This document shows positions 24,543 through 37,770 of a DNA stretch of 64,000 nucleotides, piece after piece. The translations under genes were made by a program, and so were the position numbers. The DNA comes from Podarcis liolepis (taxonomy: Eukaryota): NCBI GenBank assembly GCA_965112155.1, contig OZ218102.1; one strand, given 5' to 3'. How positions within the stretch are numbered: position 1 is the first letter of the stretch; each line of letters opens with the position of its first letter. The notes beneath the pieces were generated by a model. That model had not been told where the DNA came from. It did no database searches and worked only from the letters and a program-made list of their open reading frames with translations.

Positions 24543-27524
24543 CTGTTAAATCAAGTTAAAAAGAGAGAGAATTTTTAAGGCAATTGTAGAATGTCTTCTT
24601 AGCCATTATCTTTCAGTTTTGAGAAATCCCATGTATTTGTTTTTTGTTTTTGTTTTTAAAAGCTTTTGGGGACCATAGTGGAAAGGAAAAAGAAAATGGA
24701 AGGTAGACACCTAGGTTAATAATAATGCAACGCATTCAAATTCTATTTGCCGACCAGTAAAGACTTTTAAAGGGGTGGGGATTAAGTCTTGATTCACATG
24801 ATTGCTCCATGCATCATACGCAGTGGAAATCTCCCAGAACTTGCTGTACTTCGGCTCCCTGCTCATGTTTTTTATTAGTCCAGGACATAGCAGAGAAAGG
24901 AAATGGTTAGGCAGAAGGGAGAGAAAGTGAATAAATGGTCGGTAACAATACAACAATCAGTTCCTGCATTTCCCATCTTGTTTATTTTCTTTCACTTACT
25001 CCCCCCCCCCCCCAAGTTGGGTCCACATGGAGAATTGTTTTGTTTGTGTCATATTTCCAAGGACTGGCTTTGTCTGGCAACCTCTCTTTGTCCTGCTCTG
25101 GAGGAAGGGCACAAGAGCTCAGAATACTTTGCCAGGTTTGATGCCTGAGCTCAGTTTCAGGGAGATTGCTCTATCAATTTAGTCCGAGGCACACAAGCAC
25201 TAAGGGGTTGTATAATAAGAACCAGGAACCAAAGTACACATTATTATGAAGGGAAGGGTCAGGAATACATCTACATGTACATTTGATTATCTGATTATGC
25301 ATATAAACTTTCTCTAACCGAGCTCTAACCTGCATTTTGCAACCTGCTTTTGTAGATACCTTATGAATGTACAAACTGCACGCATGCAAGGACCAGATAG
25401 ACAATCAGATGAACATATGAAGATTAAAAAAAGGACAGTGTGCACAATCCTGGCATTATCCTTCACGTGTTCACTTGGTCACTTGAAAAGGGCTAATGTG
25501 CGCTGCCTTTCCCATTGTGTACCTCTCAAAAGCATGAAGGAGGCAAAATTCATCCCGCATCCTACTAAGTAATTTCCATGCTGACTAAAATAAAAGGGTG
25601 TGAACCATAACAAAATTAACTGCATTTTTCTCCAATGATCGATTTTGTATTCAAATAATTTATGACGGCTAAGCAATGCTATAAGTGCAATAGTCCACAT
25701 TGCTAAGACGTTGGCACTGCTACCACTAGCTAAAGTTATAATGACCTTTTTATCCCATAGGGCTTCCCCATAGAAAGTCTCAGAATGGAGTCGTATTTTA
25801 AGACTTATTAAAAATAAAATGTAAAGAAACTTTCTGTGTAAAAGCTCAGCCAAGAGCTCTTTTTTTGAGTTTTATTTCCACGAGTTTTAAGTACCCATGA
25901 GTTAGGAGGTGCTCTGCCAAAAGCATAGAAGGTTTTTAGCATGAATTGTGAGGCAATCTTTGATTTGTAAAAGGTCATATGAGCATCCCTATCCAAAGCT
26001 GGTTCTAACGGAATAGCATTTGACCTTCTGGTGACCTCAATGGAAAACACTTTAATGTTCTCTGTATGTCTTAAGAGGGATCTTACTAAAAGATTAGACA
26101 GGCTATTTAGCTAGCATAAGTTTAACTGTGCTTGCTATTATAATTATAACCATCACTGTGGTTCTTCATTTTATTGTACCTTTTCCTGACGAGCTGGTGT
26201 ATAGGCACTATAGCCCAGTAAAAAAAATTAACTTAAACGTATATATTGATTGAATGATACCACAGATCAGTTACCACCTATCCACTACAAAAACAATCCT
26301 GACATTAATAAGATACAAGGAGAAAAAGAACTATTACTTTCCATCAAAACTCAGTAAAGGAAATTGTCACTGCAAAGAAGCCTTTTTTCAACTCCTAAAT
26401 GATATGCAAGTTCTTATGGTAGTTTTGAACAATTCACAAGCAGAAACAACTATTTGGTTAAGAAATCTGGTGTGTCAACACGAAAAAGTCTGCAGTCCTA
26501 TCCACATCAACTAAATTGCATCATCTCTGCAGGATGTCTGAGAAAACATGTTTGGGTTTGGGCTGCAGGAATATGAACTGGGTCTCAGTTCTTCCTCCCT
26601 TCTTTTCCTGCTTTGTCCCTTTATATCCAAGCCTCATTTACAAAAAAAATTCTGGTGAAAGAATGGGACTTCAGATGTGCTTGTGCAACATGCGAACATT
26701 CCAACATCCCTAAAGCATCATCTCTTTTTTAAAGAGATTCAAGGAACATAAGGAACCTTGATACTAGGAACCTAAGGCCCAAGAGGCATACCATTCAAAA
26801 AATAATACTGTATGCTACCAAGTATACGAAAGAGGAAAAAGATAAATGGATATAGTTCAATATTCCAGATATTAAACAGAATCTTTAACCCAGAATATAT
26901 AAAGTACTTAACTTGACAAGACATTTGCACCCTCAGATCTCAGATCACACCAGTTGGTCCTAATACATTTTAACGCTTGGCACATAAACTGATCATATAT
27001 TAAGCATGCCAAGGAGCCCAAGGCAAATTTCCATTTCAAATACAGGTGAACTGAGTTTCTTATCTTAAGCTTTCACGTTCCGATTTTCAATGCTATCTAT
27101 AATTGAAGGAGTCACATGTTGAGTTTTGATTGTTGGCTTTGATTTGTTACGTATTTTGAAAACCTATGCTTTCTGCATGCAGGCCAGGCAGATCAGACAC
27201 TAGTGTTTCTGTTGCCAGCCACATTGTTTGCAATGGGGAATTCAGATTGATTTAACTGTTCTGATTATGAAAATGGATTCCTATCAGAAGTACTATAAGT
27301 CTGCTAACAGTGATAGACAAAGGGTAAACATTTTGTGCACGCACAAATCTTAGGAGCAGGCAAATTTTTCAATTGAGATGAAAGCACAAGTAACAGGACT
27401 GCTTGGAACTTGCTCTTCTTAGTATATTCTATTTTTTGCCACAGCCTACCCCACTGCCATTCTTTTAGGCAATGATTAGTTAAGAAGTTCCCGGACTCAA
27501 GGAACATGGAAATAACTTTAAAAG

Positions 27525-27635
27525 TCCTCCAAGGAAGTTTTTAATATTTAATGCTGTACTGTTTTTAACACTTGATTGGGAGCAGCCCAGGGTGGCTGGG
27601 GAAGCTCAGCCAGATGGGTGGGGTATAAATAATAA

Positions 27636-27686
<51 letters not shown>
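27525..27686 (+). mobile_element. L2-type 3' tail with (TAT)n
   Basis: gcagcccagggtggctgggg..cagccagatgggtggggtataaataataaat followed by a long (tat)n. Confidence 0.7.
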
Positions 27687-28600
27687 AACTGTATACCAGT
27701 TTACACTAGTGCACAGTTTAAAATAAATTGAAGTGTTGGTAAATTCTTATTACTGCACAAACAACACTTTTGGAAATTAGACTTAAATGTGTCTCCAATT
27801 TCTAGTTGAGAAAAAAGTGTAACTCCAAATGTCAGAATCTTGGAAAGCACTGATGTATCTGCTATAGTATATAAATAATTCTAATAGACTAGATAAGATA
27901 ACCTTCTAATGTAAGAGAACGGAATTAGCCAAGGGGTGGGTGGGTGGGTGTACACACACACATACATAAATGTATTGGCCAAAATGTTTTAAGTGCCGTT
28001 GGGTCATCATTCATAATATGCACAAATAATTCCAGGGCAAGTTATTAACAGTACAGCAGAATCCATAATGAGTAGTTGAGAAATGATCTGTTCAAATATA
28101 GATGAAAATGAAACAACAAAGAAGAGAAAAAGAATGATTGTATTAATGCAGTAGAAAACTATTTTGGCTCTTTAAAGAAGCTTGAACTGTATGACACAGG
28201 CAATCTCTGGATATCACAGAAATCTAAGCTTCTTTGCAATTAGTTTTTGCAATGCAGTACAGGAAAGGGAAAGATTAAGTTGTTTCTAAATTTTGTTATA
28301 TGGTGGCATAGACATTCTGTAATGTTTCTGTAATTAAATGTCATTGGTTTCAATTTTGTACAATATCACGAGAGACAGCTCATAAGGACATCTGTAAGTG
28401 GGGGGCTAACCAGATCTGCCACAACATGCTTTTTATATCTGCTCTACATCTTAGGCCTTGATTGTTCATATTTAATCATAAATTATATAATAGCAAGCTT
28501 GAAGGCTAAAGTCAGAAAGGCTGATTAAAATATGATTCCAGGCACAGTGGGAAGGAGGGTGCAGAACGTGCAATAACGTATTTCCCTTTTGGTAATTTTT

Positions 28601-28799
28601 TTAAAAAAATATTCTTTTATTAATTTTCAAAAAACAAAAAATTAAAGCAACAATACATATTCAAACATAGAAAAAAGTAGAGTTGACTTCCCCCTATTCC
28701 CTTCCCTGGTTCCATTGTTTATCATCATACCGCATGTCCATTTTAAATTATAAAATCATTAAAATTACTTATTGTCCAATCACAATGTGATTTTTTAAT
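28601..28799 (-). mobile_element. L1 3' UTR fragment
   Basis: 16-bp TSD ccttttggtaattttt at 28585-28600 and 28800-28815. The minus strand has a purine-rich ggggaagtc motif, AATAAA and an A-rich tail. Confidence 0.75.
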
Positions 28800-29911
28800 C
28801 CTTTTGGTAATTTTTACGTAACAGGAAAATATCTGGTTAAATGCCACCTCAGCCACAAATTCATCCAGTGGCTTTAGCCAAGGCTCTGTTGTCTCAGCTG
28901 CACCACTCTCTACCTGCAAAATGGGGATAGCAACACTGACCTGTTTTATGAGGGGCTTTTTGAACATTTATAATGTGCTACATATATGCTAAATATCCTG
29001 TGGGATTTGCAGGCCAATTCTAAACATGTTTGCTCTGCAGTCCCACCCTGCAACCATGTGTTTCTCGCATCTTGGCAAGAATGCCTAGGACTATAGCCTT
29101 AATTTAAGCATCTTGTTAGAAAGTGTCAGCATCCTTCGGGGTTCGGGAAGCCAGCTGCCTAGCCCCCAGCTGAATCATGCCCTTCCAGCAGTGACGATCC
29201 CCCGATCTCTGGTGTGATGTAAATCAGCAACTCAGACTTTAAAGCCTGAGCACACTATATCAGCAGAGCATACTGTGCAAACAGAAGTGGCGTGAGGCTT
29301 GTGGAAGCATATTAACAAGCTACAGATTTATTAAGCATAAATCAGGACAAGGAAAACATGTTGTCTCTCTTTCGTCTCATCAGAGAGTGTCAAGAGCAAC
29401 AGAAGTTCCCAGCAAACCGTGCTGGAATGTAAACAGATATGAGACACGCAACAGTTCCATGTCTGCAACTAAAGGTGGAATGGAAATTCCCAACAGAAAG
29501 CACCCCCACCCTAAGGAGTTGATTTACACAACTTCTGACACATTACCTGCAGCAGTGGATGGCAGGGTGGGGCTACAGCATTCACCTGATCTCTCTTGAT
29601 TGTTACAGCAAACCAGGATGGAGAGGAGGAGAAAGAACACAGTGGTGACAAGGTCATTTTGGTGTAAAGACACTGGTAGGAGTGCTGCATTGGTTCCACT
29701 TTGCACCTTCCTGGAGATCAGGTAAGTGTCACAGTCACACCATGCTATCTTATGCAGTTTCTCTGGCCTTCATCCCACCCTATGTTCAGAGTAAGCAATG
29801 GACAGCAAGGAGACACCTCTCCGAGAGTTGTTATTTATTCCCTACTACAGAACATTCCAGGCCAGAAGAAATTGCTTTGCCCAACTCCTCAGACTTAGAA
29901 AACACTCTCTC

Positions 29912-31063
29912 GGGGGCCACCAGGTGGCGCATTGGAAGATGGCTGTCAATAACATCTCTCCGACCCACACGAGGTAATTAAGAGGCTGCTATGGGAAGTA
30001 TGCAGCCTTCCCGACCCCCCAAGGAGATGGGGGGGACTGCCTTGCCAGCGGCGTCCATAATGCACCCCCGGATTGAAAGAAGGGGGTGCCCGGTCACTTG
30101 GCACGAGCCCTCGGTGAAGTCGGCTCTTCCTGATTCTTTCTCCAATCAGCGCACTGGTTCGCTTCAGCTCGAAAATATAATTGGAAATATATAATTGGAA
30201 AGAAGCTGAAGCACATACATCAAGCGAGGTTCGGGAGTTAAGACTGCTGATTAATGGATCTCTGGGACCGGAGCGACAGGCGGGACAAATAAATCAAATG
30301 ATGAATCACCATTAAGAGACTGGTATGTTTGGAGTGAAATGGAAGGGGGGTGGAGGAAAAAACTTTTCTTTTCTTTGCCTTATGTGAGTATTAATAACCC
30401 TCCACCTCAGAAAGAAGAATCGTTGCATTTTATTAATCACAAGCAGGATTTTAAGAACTGTGTGGAGAGAATTATGGATCAAAGAGATGATTGGTAAACA
30501 CCGGAGAACGGAGGAAAATTTTATGACTCAGTTTTAAATGGCGTCTCGCTAAGACAGGCTTGTCTAAGAAAGACGGGGGGAGGAGGACCAGGATCAATGG
30601 AATGTGAATGATGACTGGAATGTGATCTAAACCTGGCAGAGCCCTCGGATATACTTGGAAAGCCTGGGAAAATTATTGGACAGACCAAGGATAAATTCTT
30701 TACGGAGGTGTGGAATGGCGGCTGTCCCTGATATGATTTTTGGAGACTGTAAAACCCACACAGAGGATGTTTGCTCTCAACCCACTTGTGAAGTTTATCA
30801 GAGATCACAAAGAAAGGAATATACGATAACAACAAGAAGATGAAGAAAGTAATAAAGAGACTATCTGGATAGAACTGGATAGAACTGTCTAATTAAAGCA
30901 GCAATAAAAGTGATGCTTGGACCCCCGTTTGGAGCTTGAAGTATGGGTACCCTTAACAAAATTTAAAAAATTTGGCTGTATAATTTGGAACTAATGTGAT
31001 TTGGAAATAATGTGATTTGATTGGCCTGTTAATAAAAATTATATTTAGAAGAAAAAAAAGAAA
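29912..31063 (+). mobile_element. 1.15-kb non-coding L1-mobilised retroelement (non-autonomous L1 derivative or retrocopy)
   Basis: 15-bp TSD agaaaacactctctc at 29897-29911 and 31064-31078, at a TT|AGAAAA site. Starts GGGGG with a CpG-rich 5' part and ends AATAAA plus an A-rich tail. No long ORF. Confidence 0.8.
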
Positions 31064-31844
31064 AGAAAACACTCTCTCAATGCAATCCCTATCACCTCCA
31101 TGTCACGGGAGCGAACAGCTGCAGAATTGGGCAATAAACCCATAAACGCTTACTGGATTTTTGTAAAATAAAAGTTCAGGTTATACAACATAAACAATAG
31201 AAAATGGCTTTAGAACATCTCCTGAGGCTTAAAACTGAGATTGATTCAGCAAAAATTAATGTTTCAAGTATTATCTAATACAGATAGATGCTGAAGGTGT
31301 AATGCTGGAAATGGCTCATTGAGACATGTGATTTAGAAGGGAATTCAGGGAAGTAAAGGTTCTCAAGGGCTACTAGCCTTGATGGCTATGTTCTGCCTCC
31401 ATAGTTGGGGGCAGTATTCTTCCAAATACCAGTTAACAGAAGTCACAGGAGAAGAAAGTGCTCTTACATTTGGGTCCTGCTTGCGGGATTCCCACAGGCA
31501 TCTAGATGGCTACTGAGAAAACAAGATGCTAGACTAGATGCCCCCCCCCCCCGACCTGATCCAGCAGCTGTTCTTATGTTCCAATGATATGGGTATGTCC
31601 AATGATACAAACAACAACTTCAGACCAAAATGAATGTCTCAATTTTGTACTGCTGAAACCCTCGATATTTGTAGACTATCGTGCACCTTTGAATTGCTAC
31701 TTTCTGTTTAAGTGTATGAGACAGGGAGTTGTGGCCATCCTGCCCACGTAATGCTTTTGCCCACCCTAAAAAGAGAATGACAGGCTGAGGCCACACCCAC
31801 CTGCATACACTCTCCTCAGCGAGGAAGAGATGGTGCCCAAGTGT

Positions 31845-31980
31845 TCATGTTGCTGATGCTGCCTGCCTGAAGGAGAGTGGGCCATTTTAACCTCATGCTG
31901 ACACTGTCTTCTTGAAGAAGAGAGACATGCCATTGTGACCTCAGGCTGATGCTGTCTGCCTGAAGACAACATTGGCCTCT
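31845..31980. repeat. Degenerate ~48-bp minisatellite (about 3 units)
   Basis: Units gctgatgctg.ctgcctgaag...gccatt.t.acctca, visible as a 16-aa periodicity in ORF 31766-32038. Confidence 0.6.
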
Positions 31981-34308
31981 GACTACACACTGCTGTCCAT
32001 TTGCAAGACAAATATACCCTTTGTACCCAGGACCACATAGGAATTAATTATTTTTTTAGTCCCATCCTGTCGTGTGCATGCTTTTCTTCCCAGGGGTTAC
32101 CAAAGCTTTCTAGGACATGGGTGAATGCTGGCAAACCTGTGTGATGTTTGCCCGCTGTGCTATGTTCTCATACTGCCTGCCAGTCATCTCTCAAATCAAT
32201 GAGAGCTACTGAAGAGTGAGCAGTCAACCTGTGGGGATGAGAAAACATCAGAAAACCAGCTCAAGAAGGTCTGTTGTGATTCCTACAGGGAAGAGAGCTC
32301 TGAAACTAAATGGACAATGGAAACTAATTTTTATTAAAAAAGAAGAAGCCTAAACTGGAACTTTAATACCTCCTACAGACCCTAGTCCACATGATGTGTA
32401 TTCCATATTGAATTTATAGATAATGTGGCTGTTCATAATTGAGAAGAATATTTTTGCATAGCGTTGGATTACTTCATTTTAAAAAGATATAATGGGAATT
32501 GTTTTCAAAGGAAAAAATTGCATTAAGGTAAATGGAACTGAGAAGCTATGTTAAGAACATTTTTGCCTTTCATTATCTCAGCAGAATTAATCTGGAGGTC
32601 AGTAATAAAGGTAGGAAAATATTTAACCAGAATGGAAAAATGTTACAAATAACGATATTTCAGTATAAAGGCTGTGAGCTAGATTTAGTCTGCACGTCTA
32701 GAACAAAGAGAATAATGTAGCTTTATTGAAAAGAACATTTACAGAATCTAGACTTAATAGCACAATAATATTAATTTTTTAGATGTGTATCCCACCCACT
32801 CAGAAGCAGGTCCCTTTATGTCCAGTGAGTCTTATTCTCCACTAAGCATGTATACAATTGCGCCCTAAATAACCATTACTATAGTAAACCTTTGGCATAC
32901 CATCTATGCTTAGAGGTCTTACCCCTGCCTCATAGATGGAGAACCTGTGATCCTGCAGGCATTGTTGGACTCCAACCTCCATCAGTCTCAGCCAGCATGG
33001 CCAATGGTAAGGATGATGGGAATCAGAGTCCAGCAATATCTGGAGGGCTGCAGGTTCCCCAGGTTCTGCCTTACATAATGTCATTACTGTATTGCCCCAA
33101 GAACAGGAGGAAAGACAAGGATGAAGCAGCTACAGTGAATGATTACCACAGCTATCTTAAGGGATCAAACACTTATGGGGTAATGGCTATAGTGTCACAT
33201 TTTTTGGCAGTACCTGCCCTGGCTTTGAGCCCCATAACTACTAGTATCTTGTCAAGCAGAAAGCACCTCCAGTACTGAACAGCCAATCCTACAGGTTAGC
33301 AAAATTAATTCTGCCCAAAGGGACTCTAAAACCACCCAGGTGGCACATGCATTTCTGGAGTACACTAGGAAATGGAGAGAGACTTGTGGGTACTTTTAAT
33401 TTCTCCCCGGGCACTCCTGTCATCCAGGGTTGGCAAGCCCAGGGTTCATCGTGGGACAAAGTCTGGACTGGAGTGACCAAGGAAACAGTAAAAGGACTTG
33501 TAGTAACATAGAAAGCTGCCTTACACGGAGGCAGACCATTAGTCCATCTACACCAAGACTGCATACCCTTCAACATTTCTCCAGTGAAAATAGGGATGTC
33601 CTATTCAAATAAATAAATACATAAATAAAGCAAGCCCCACCCATCTCACTGGGTTGCTCCAGCTACTCCCAACACTATAAAAACCTAAAACATTAAACAC
33701 TTAAAATCTTCCCTATACAGGGTAACCTCCAGATGTCTTCTAAAGGTTGCATAGTTTCCTATCTCCTTGGCTTGACATGCCCTCCAACATTTCTCCAATG
33801 AAAATAGGGACATCCTAAGGAAAAGTGGGACATTCCAGGATCAAATCAGAAACTGAGACAGCTTCTGTAAATCTGGGACTGTCCCTGAAAAATAGGGACA
33901 CTTGGAGGGGCTGGAATTGGGGACCAGTTTGCCCCCAGCAGGCCACATCTTCTCCCTCCACTCCTGCAGATCAACTTTGACAGATGGGCAGAGCCACCCA
34001 CTTGGTGTCAGATGATTGGTAAGTGTGTGTTTCCACACAACGGTCTAAGCTGGGCTGCAGGGTATGGGGGGAGGGGTCCGCTTCAGCAGTACATCCTCTG
34101 CAGGGAACATGCTGGCAAAGCAGCATCCAGCACAATTGAACTCAGAGTGGAAAGTGCAATCCTGCTGGCTGCAAGGGTCTGTTTTGCCAGCTTGTTCTCT
34201 GGCAGCGATAGGACTGGCAGCATAGCACCCAGCAGAATTGAACCACACCCCCAATCATCAGCTGACATCACCCCGTAACATCAGCTGGTGGTCAGGTGGC
34301 TGTGGTTT

Positions 34309-35291
34309 TTGTGTTTTTTTCAAAAAAATTTATTGGTTTTCACAAAATTAAAAAACACACTAACAAATAAACAGACAAACATAAATCATAACCTTATTAA
34401 ACCTAATCTTCTTGTTAAATTACTTCCTTGTATCCTCCTAGTTGAATTTCAATGAATATCATTTTAACAGTTTTCCAAATCAAAGTTCTTAAAATCTTAA
34501 CTTAATCACTTAACATCAGTCTTTCTTCCCAATTTAGCATTAAATATAGTAATTCTTCGCATTACTTATTTAATTCCTAGGCCTAGCTGGTAATTGCAAG
34601 CTTTTTCCAATTAATTTAACTTGATATATTTAGCTAAACAGTCATTAAATTTATTCCATTCTTCCTGATACTCCTCCTCATTCTGGTCACGGACTCTGCC
34701 GGTCAGGTTGGCTAGCTCCGAAAAGTCCATCATCTTCATCTGCCATTCTTCCACAGTTGGTAGTTCTTGCGTTTTCCACTTCTTAGCTAGTAATATTTGA
34801 GCAGCAGTTGTGGCATACAAAAATAATTTAACATCTTTCTTGGGCAATTCCAAGCCTGTTATTCCAAGAAGAAAGGCCTCTGGTTTCTTTATAAATGTAT
34901 ATTTCAACATTTTTTTCAATTCGTTATAAATCTTTTCCCAGAAGTCTTTCACCTTGGGGCAGGTCCACCACATGTGATAAAAAGTTCCTTCTTTTTCTTT
35001 ACATTCCCAACATAAGTTGTCACAGTTATGATAAATCTTTGCTAATTTAACAGGGGTCAAGTACCATCTATACATCATTTTCATTATATTCTCTTTTAAC
35101 ATTGTATATGCAGTGAACTTAACCCCTTTCTTCCACAATCTTTCCCAATCCTCAAACATTATCTTATGTCCTACATCTCTTGCCCAATCTATCATTACTG
35201 ATTTAACTTGTTCATCCTTTGTATGCCACTCCAACAGTAACTTATACATTTCAGACAGATTTTTAACTTTAGAATCCAACAACTCCGTCTC
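34309..35291 (-). mobile_element. L1 LINE 3' fragment (ORF2 C-terminus and 3' UTR)
   Basis: ORF 34611-35324 has WYLTPVKL...CWECKEKEGTFYHMWWTC (L1 C-terminal Cys/His knuckle). AATAAA and A tail near 34310-34335. Candidate TSD ctgtggttt at 34300-34308 and 35292-35300. Confidence 0.9.
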
Positions 35292-37419
35292 CTGTGGTTT
35301 GGGGTAAATCGCTTTGTGGGCCAATCTTGGCCTGTAGGCAAGAGGTTCTGCAGCCCTGGCCTATACTGGATGGAAGCAAGCTCCCTACGGTTTCAAAGAG
35401 AGAACAGCCCTACCTGAAGATGCCAGCGACATGAGTGCTCTTTGTATATGGATTGAGCCACCTCAGCATGATTGGACCTCACACTGCAGGGGTGAATCTG
35501 TAAATGATCTATGGAATTGGCCCTGTCCATGTTGTTACCCAGTTGAAATGTGGATTAGTTTCACACCACCATGACGTACCGTAATCATGACTTTTCTAAC
35601 TTTACAGCAGTGTGAATGGATTCAGTATTGATTATGTATTTTGACTGGCTTCTCAGCATTAATCTACGTCCATGTGAATCCAGTCAAGGAACAGTGCTTC
35701 TGTAGAAGCACTGAAAAACACATGCTTTAAAGACATTCCTTATTTTATCATAAAAAGGAAGCCATATATGTTATCCCCATAGGATTAAAAAAAAACCCCT
35801 GCTTGTTCTGTTTACAGAAGCCGAGATATTTTGCCAATTTCCATTTGCTTACATGTTTGTCTTTATGAAGCTCATAAAATAACAATGGGAATTGAATTCA
35901 ATACCAAATAAAAAATAAAAAAATAAGCCCAGTATTCATTTCTACTTGAATGACAGTGAGTGGATTTTTTAGCTCTTGCCTGGAGCATGCCTTTTGCAAA
36001 TGCAAAACAAAGCAGTTTCCTAATAAGGTTTCCTCACTGAAGCTGAACTTCCTTTACCCAAACGTGGGGGCTGCGGTTCAGACACATCCATCAATGGAAA
36101 TGTGCTCTCCTAAGCAATGACCAAACAGCACACTGGAGCAAGTACCTTAAAAGAGAAGACAGCTTTTTGTTTTGTTGTGTAGTTGCTCCTAAAGTGGCAT
36201 CACACTTGGTAAGAATTATGCATAGTGATAAAATGTATTTTCGCTGATCAGACAAATCCCAGAGTCCACACCTTATTAAAAACAGATTGTTGCTTATGAA
36301 CTCATAGAAAAGGAGGGGTAGATGAATATAAAAAACACCCCCACAGCAACAGTATTCATTGAGTCAGAGATTTGAATATAAATAGCCACTTACAGGGAAT
36401 CAGGGTGTGAAACTACAAAGCAGAAATGTTTGTATGCTGAGGATTTTTTTTTTTATTTCTGGGAACAGTATTTCTTGCTCTCTACTGGAAACAAAGGTTA
36501 CCAACTCTCCCTTCCCAGGAGAGTGATATCAAAAGCTCCACTGAAAGGAGAAGTTTATTCACACTTAACTTCCCCACTGCTACCGTTCACTCAGCTGTTG
36601 TGGGATGCAGTATTCCACCTCTGGTGCTGATTTGCCACAAAGATGGCATGACTGACAAGCACAATCTATCCAGTGTTTCTCAATGACCAACAGAAAAAGA
36701 AAAAACCCCACACATTTTGGCCTGCTGATACAAATTCACACTAAGACAAGGATCCTAGCTGCAATTGGGAGACAGAAACTATAGCTGGAAAGAGGTTTTT
36801 TTTACCCCTCTGCCAAAGAATCCACATATATGCTTTATATTGTATTTTCTAACTATGTTCTGAAACAGATGAAATAATTTCCACAAGCCAACTTAGATGT
36901 GCCAGGCCAACACATCTAAAGCTTCCATTGCCTTTTTTGCACCTGCATCACATGATAACACAGCAAAGTTGAATTCAGCAAAATAAAGATTTCCTCTATT
37001 GGTTCTAGCTAATAAGTTCTCAGACAGCTCAAATGTTTTAAGTATCTTGTTATTTTGTGGGATAAACATTAACATAATCCTTTAAGTAGTGTATAAGATG
37101 CTGTAATGAAGTATTTCACTAAAGTGCTCCGTTGTTGCGTATACTGAACCTATACCTGGCGATGATACTGAATGGCAGAGGACAATTTATAACCTACATT
37201 TTAAATCATGTCTTGAATTTTTGAGTTCATTCCCCGATTTATATTCAGTATGTTGTGCACAGATAATCCATTGTTATTAATGGATTTTATTATCCCGATG
37301 CAGCTTGCAAACAGAATGAAATCCCTGGCTTAGAACTCCAGGTAGAATTTCAAGGGTTCTATATTTGTCTTTTGAAAGAAGTCTGAAATACAAGAAATAG
37401 CTGAATTGATCTAAGAATA

Positions 37420-37770
37420 TGAGGACATAGAAAGAGCCCTGCCGTATCAGACCAAAGACCCACCTAATCCAGCCGCCTATTCTCACAGTGGCCAACCATA
37501 TGCTTATGGGAAGCTCATAGGAAAGACACCAGCATGACAGAACTCTCTCCACTTGCGCTCCCCATCAGCTGGTATTCAGGGGCACTCTGTGTTTGATACT
37601 GGAGGTAGTAAACAGCCATCACATTTAGTAGCCATGAAGACTCTCATACTCCATGAATTTGTCTAACCTACTTTTAAAACCATCCAAGTTGGTGGTCATC
37701 AACTCCATCTTGTGGCAGCAAATTCCATACCTTAACTAAGCACTGTGTGAAGAAGTAACTCCTTTTATCT
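37420..37770 (-). mobile_element. Old CR1 3' region
   Basis: Homologous to plus-strand copies at about 51610-51965 and 31375-31585 (ggccactgtgagaa..ggatg..ctagatgg...cagcagg.tcttcttatg). Confidence 0.65.
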
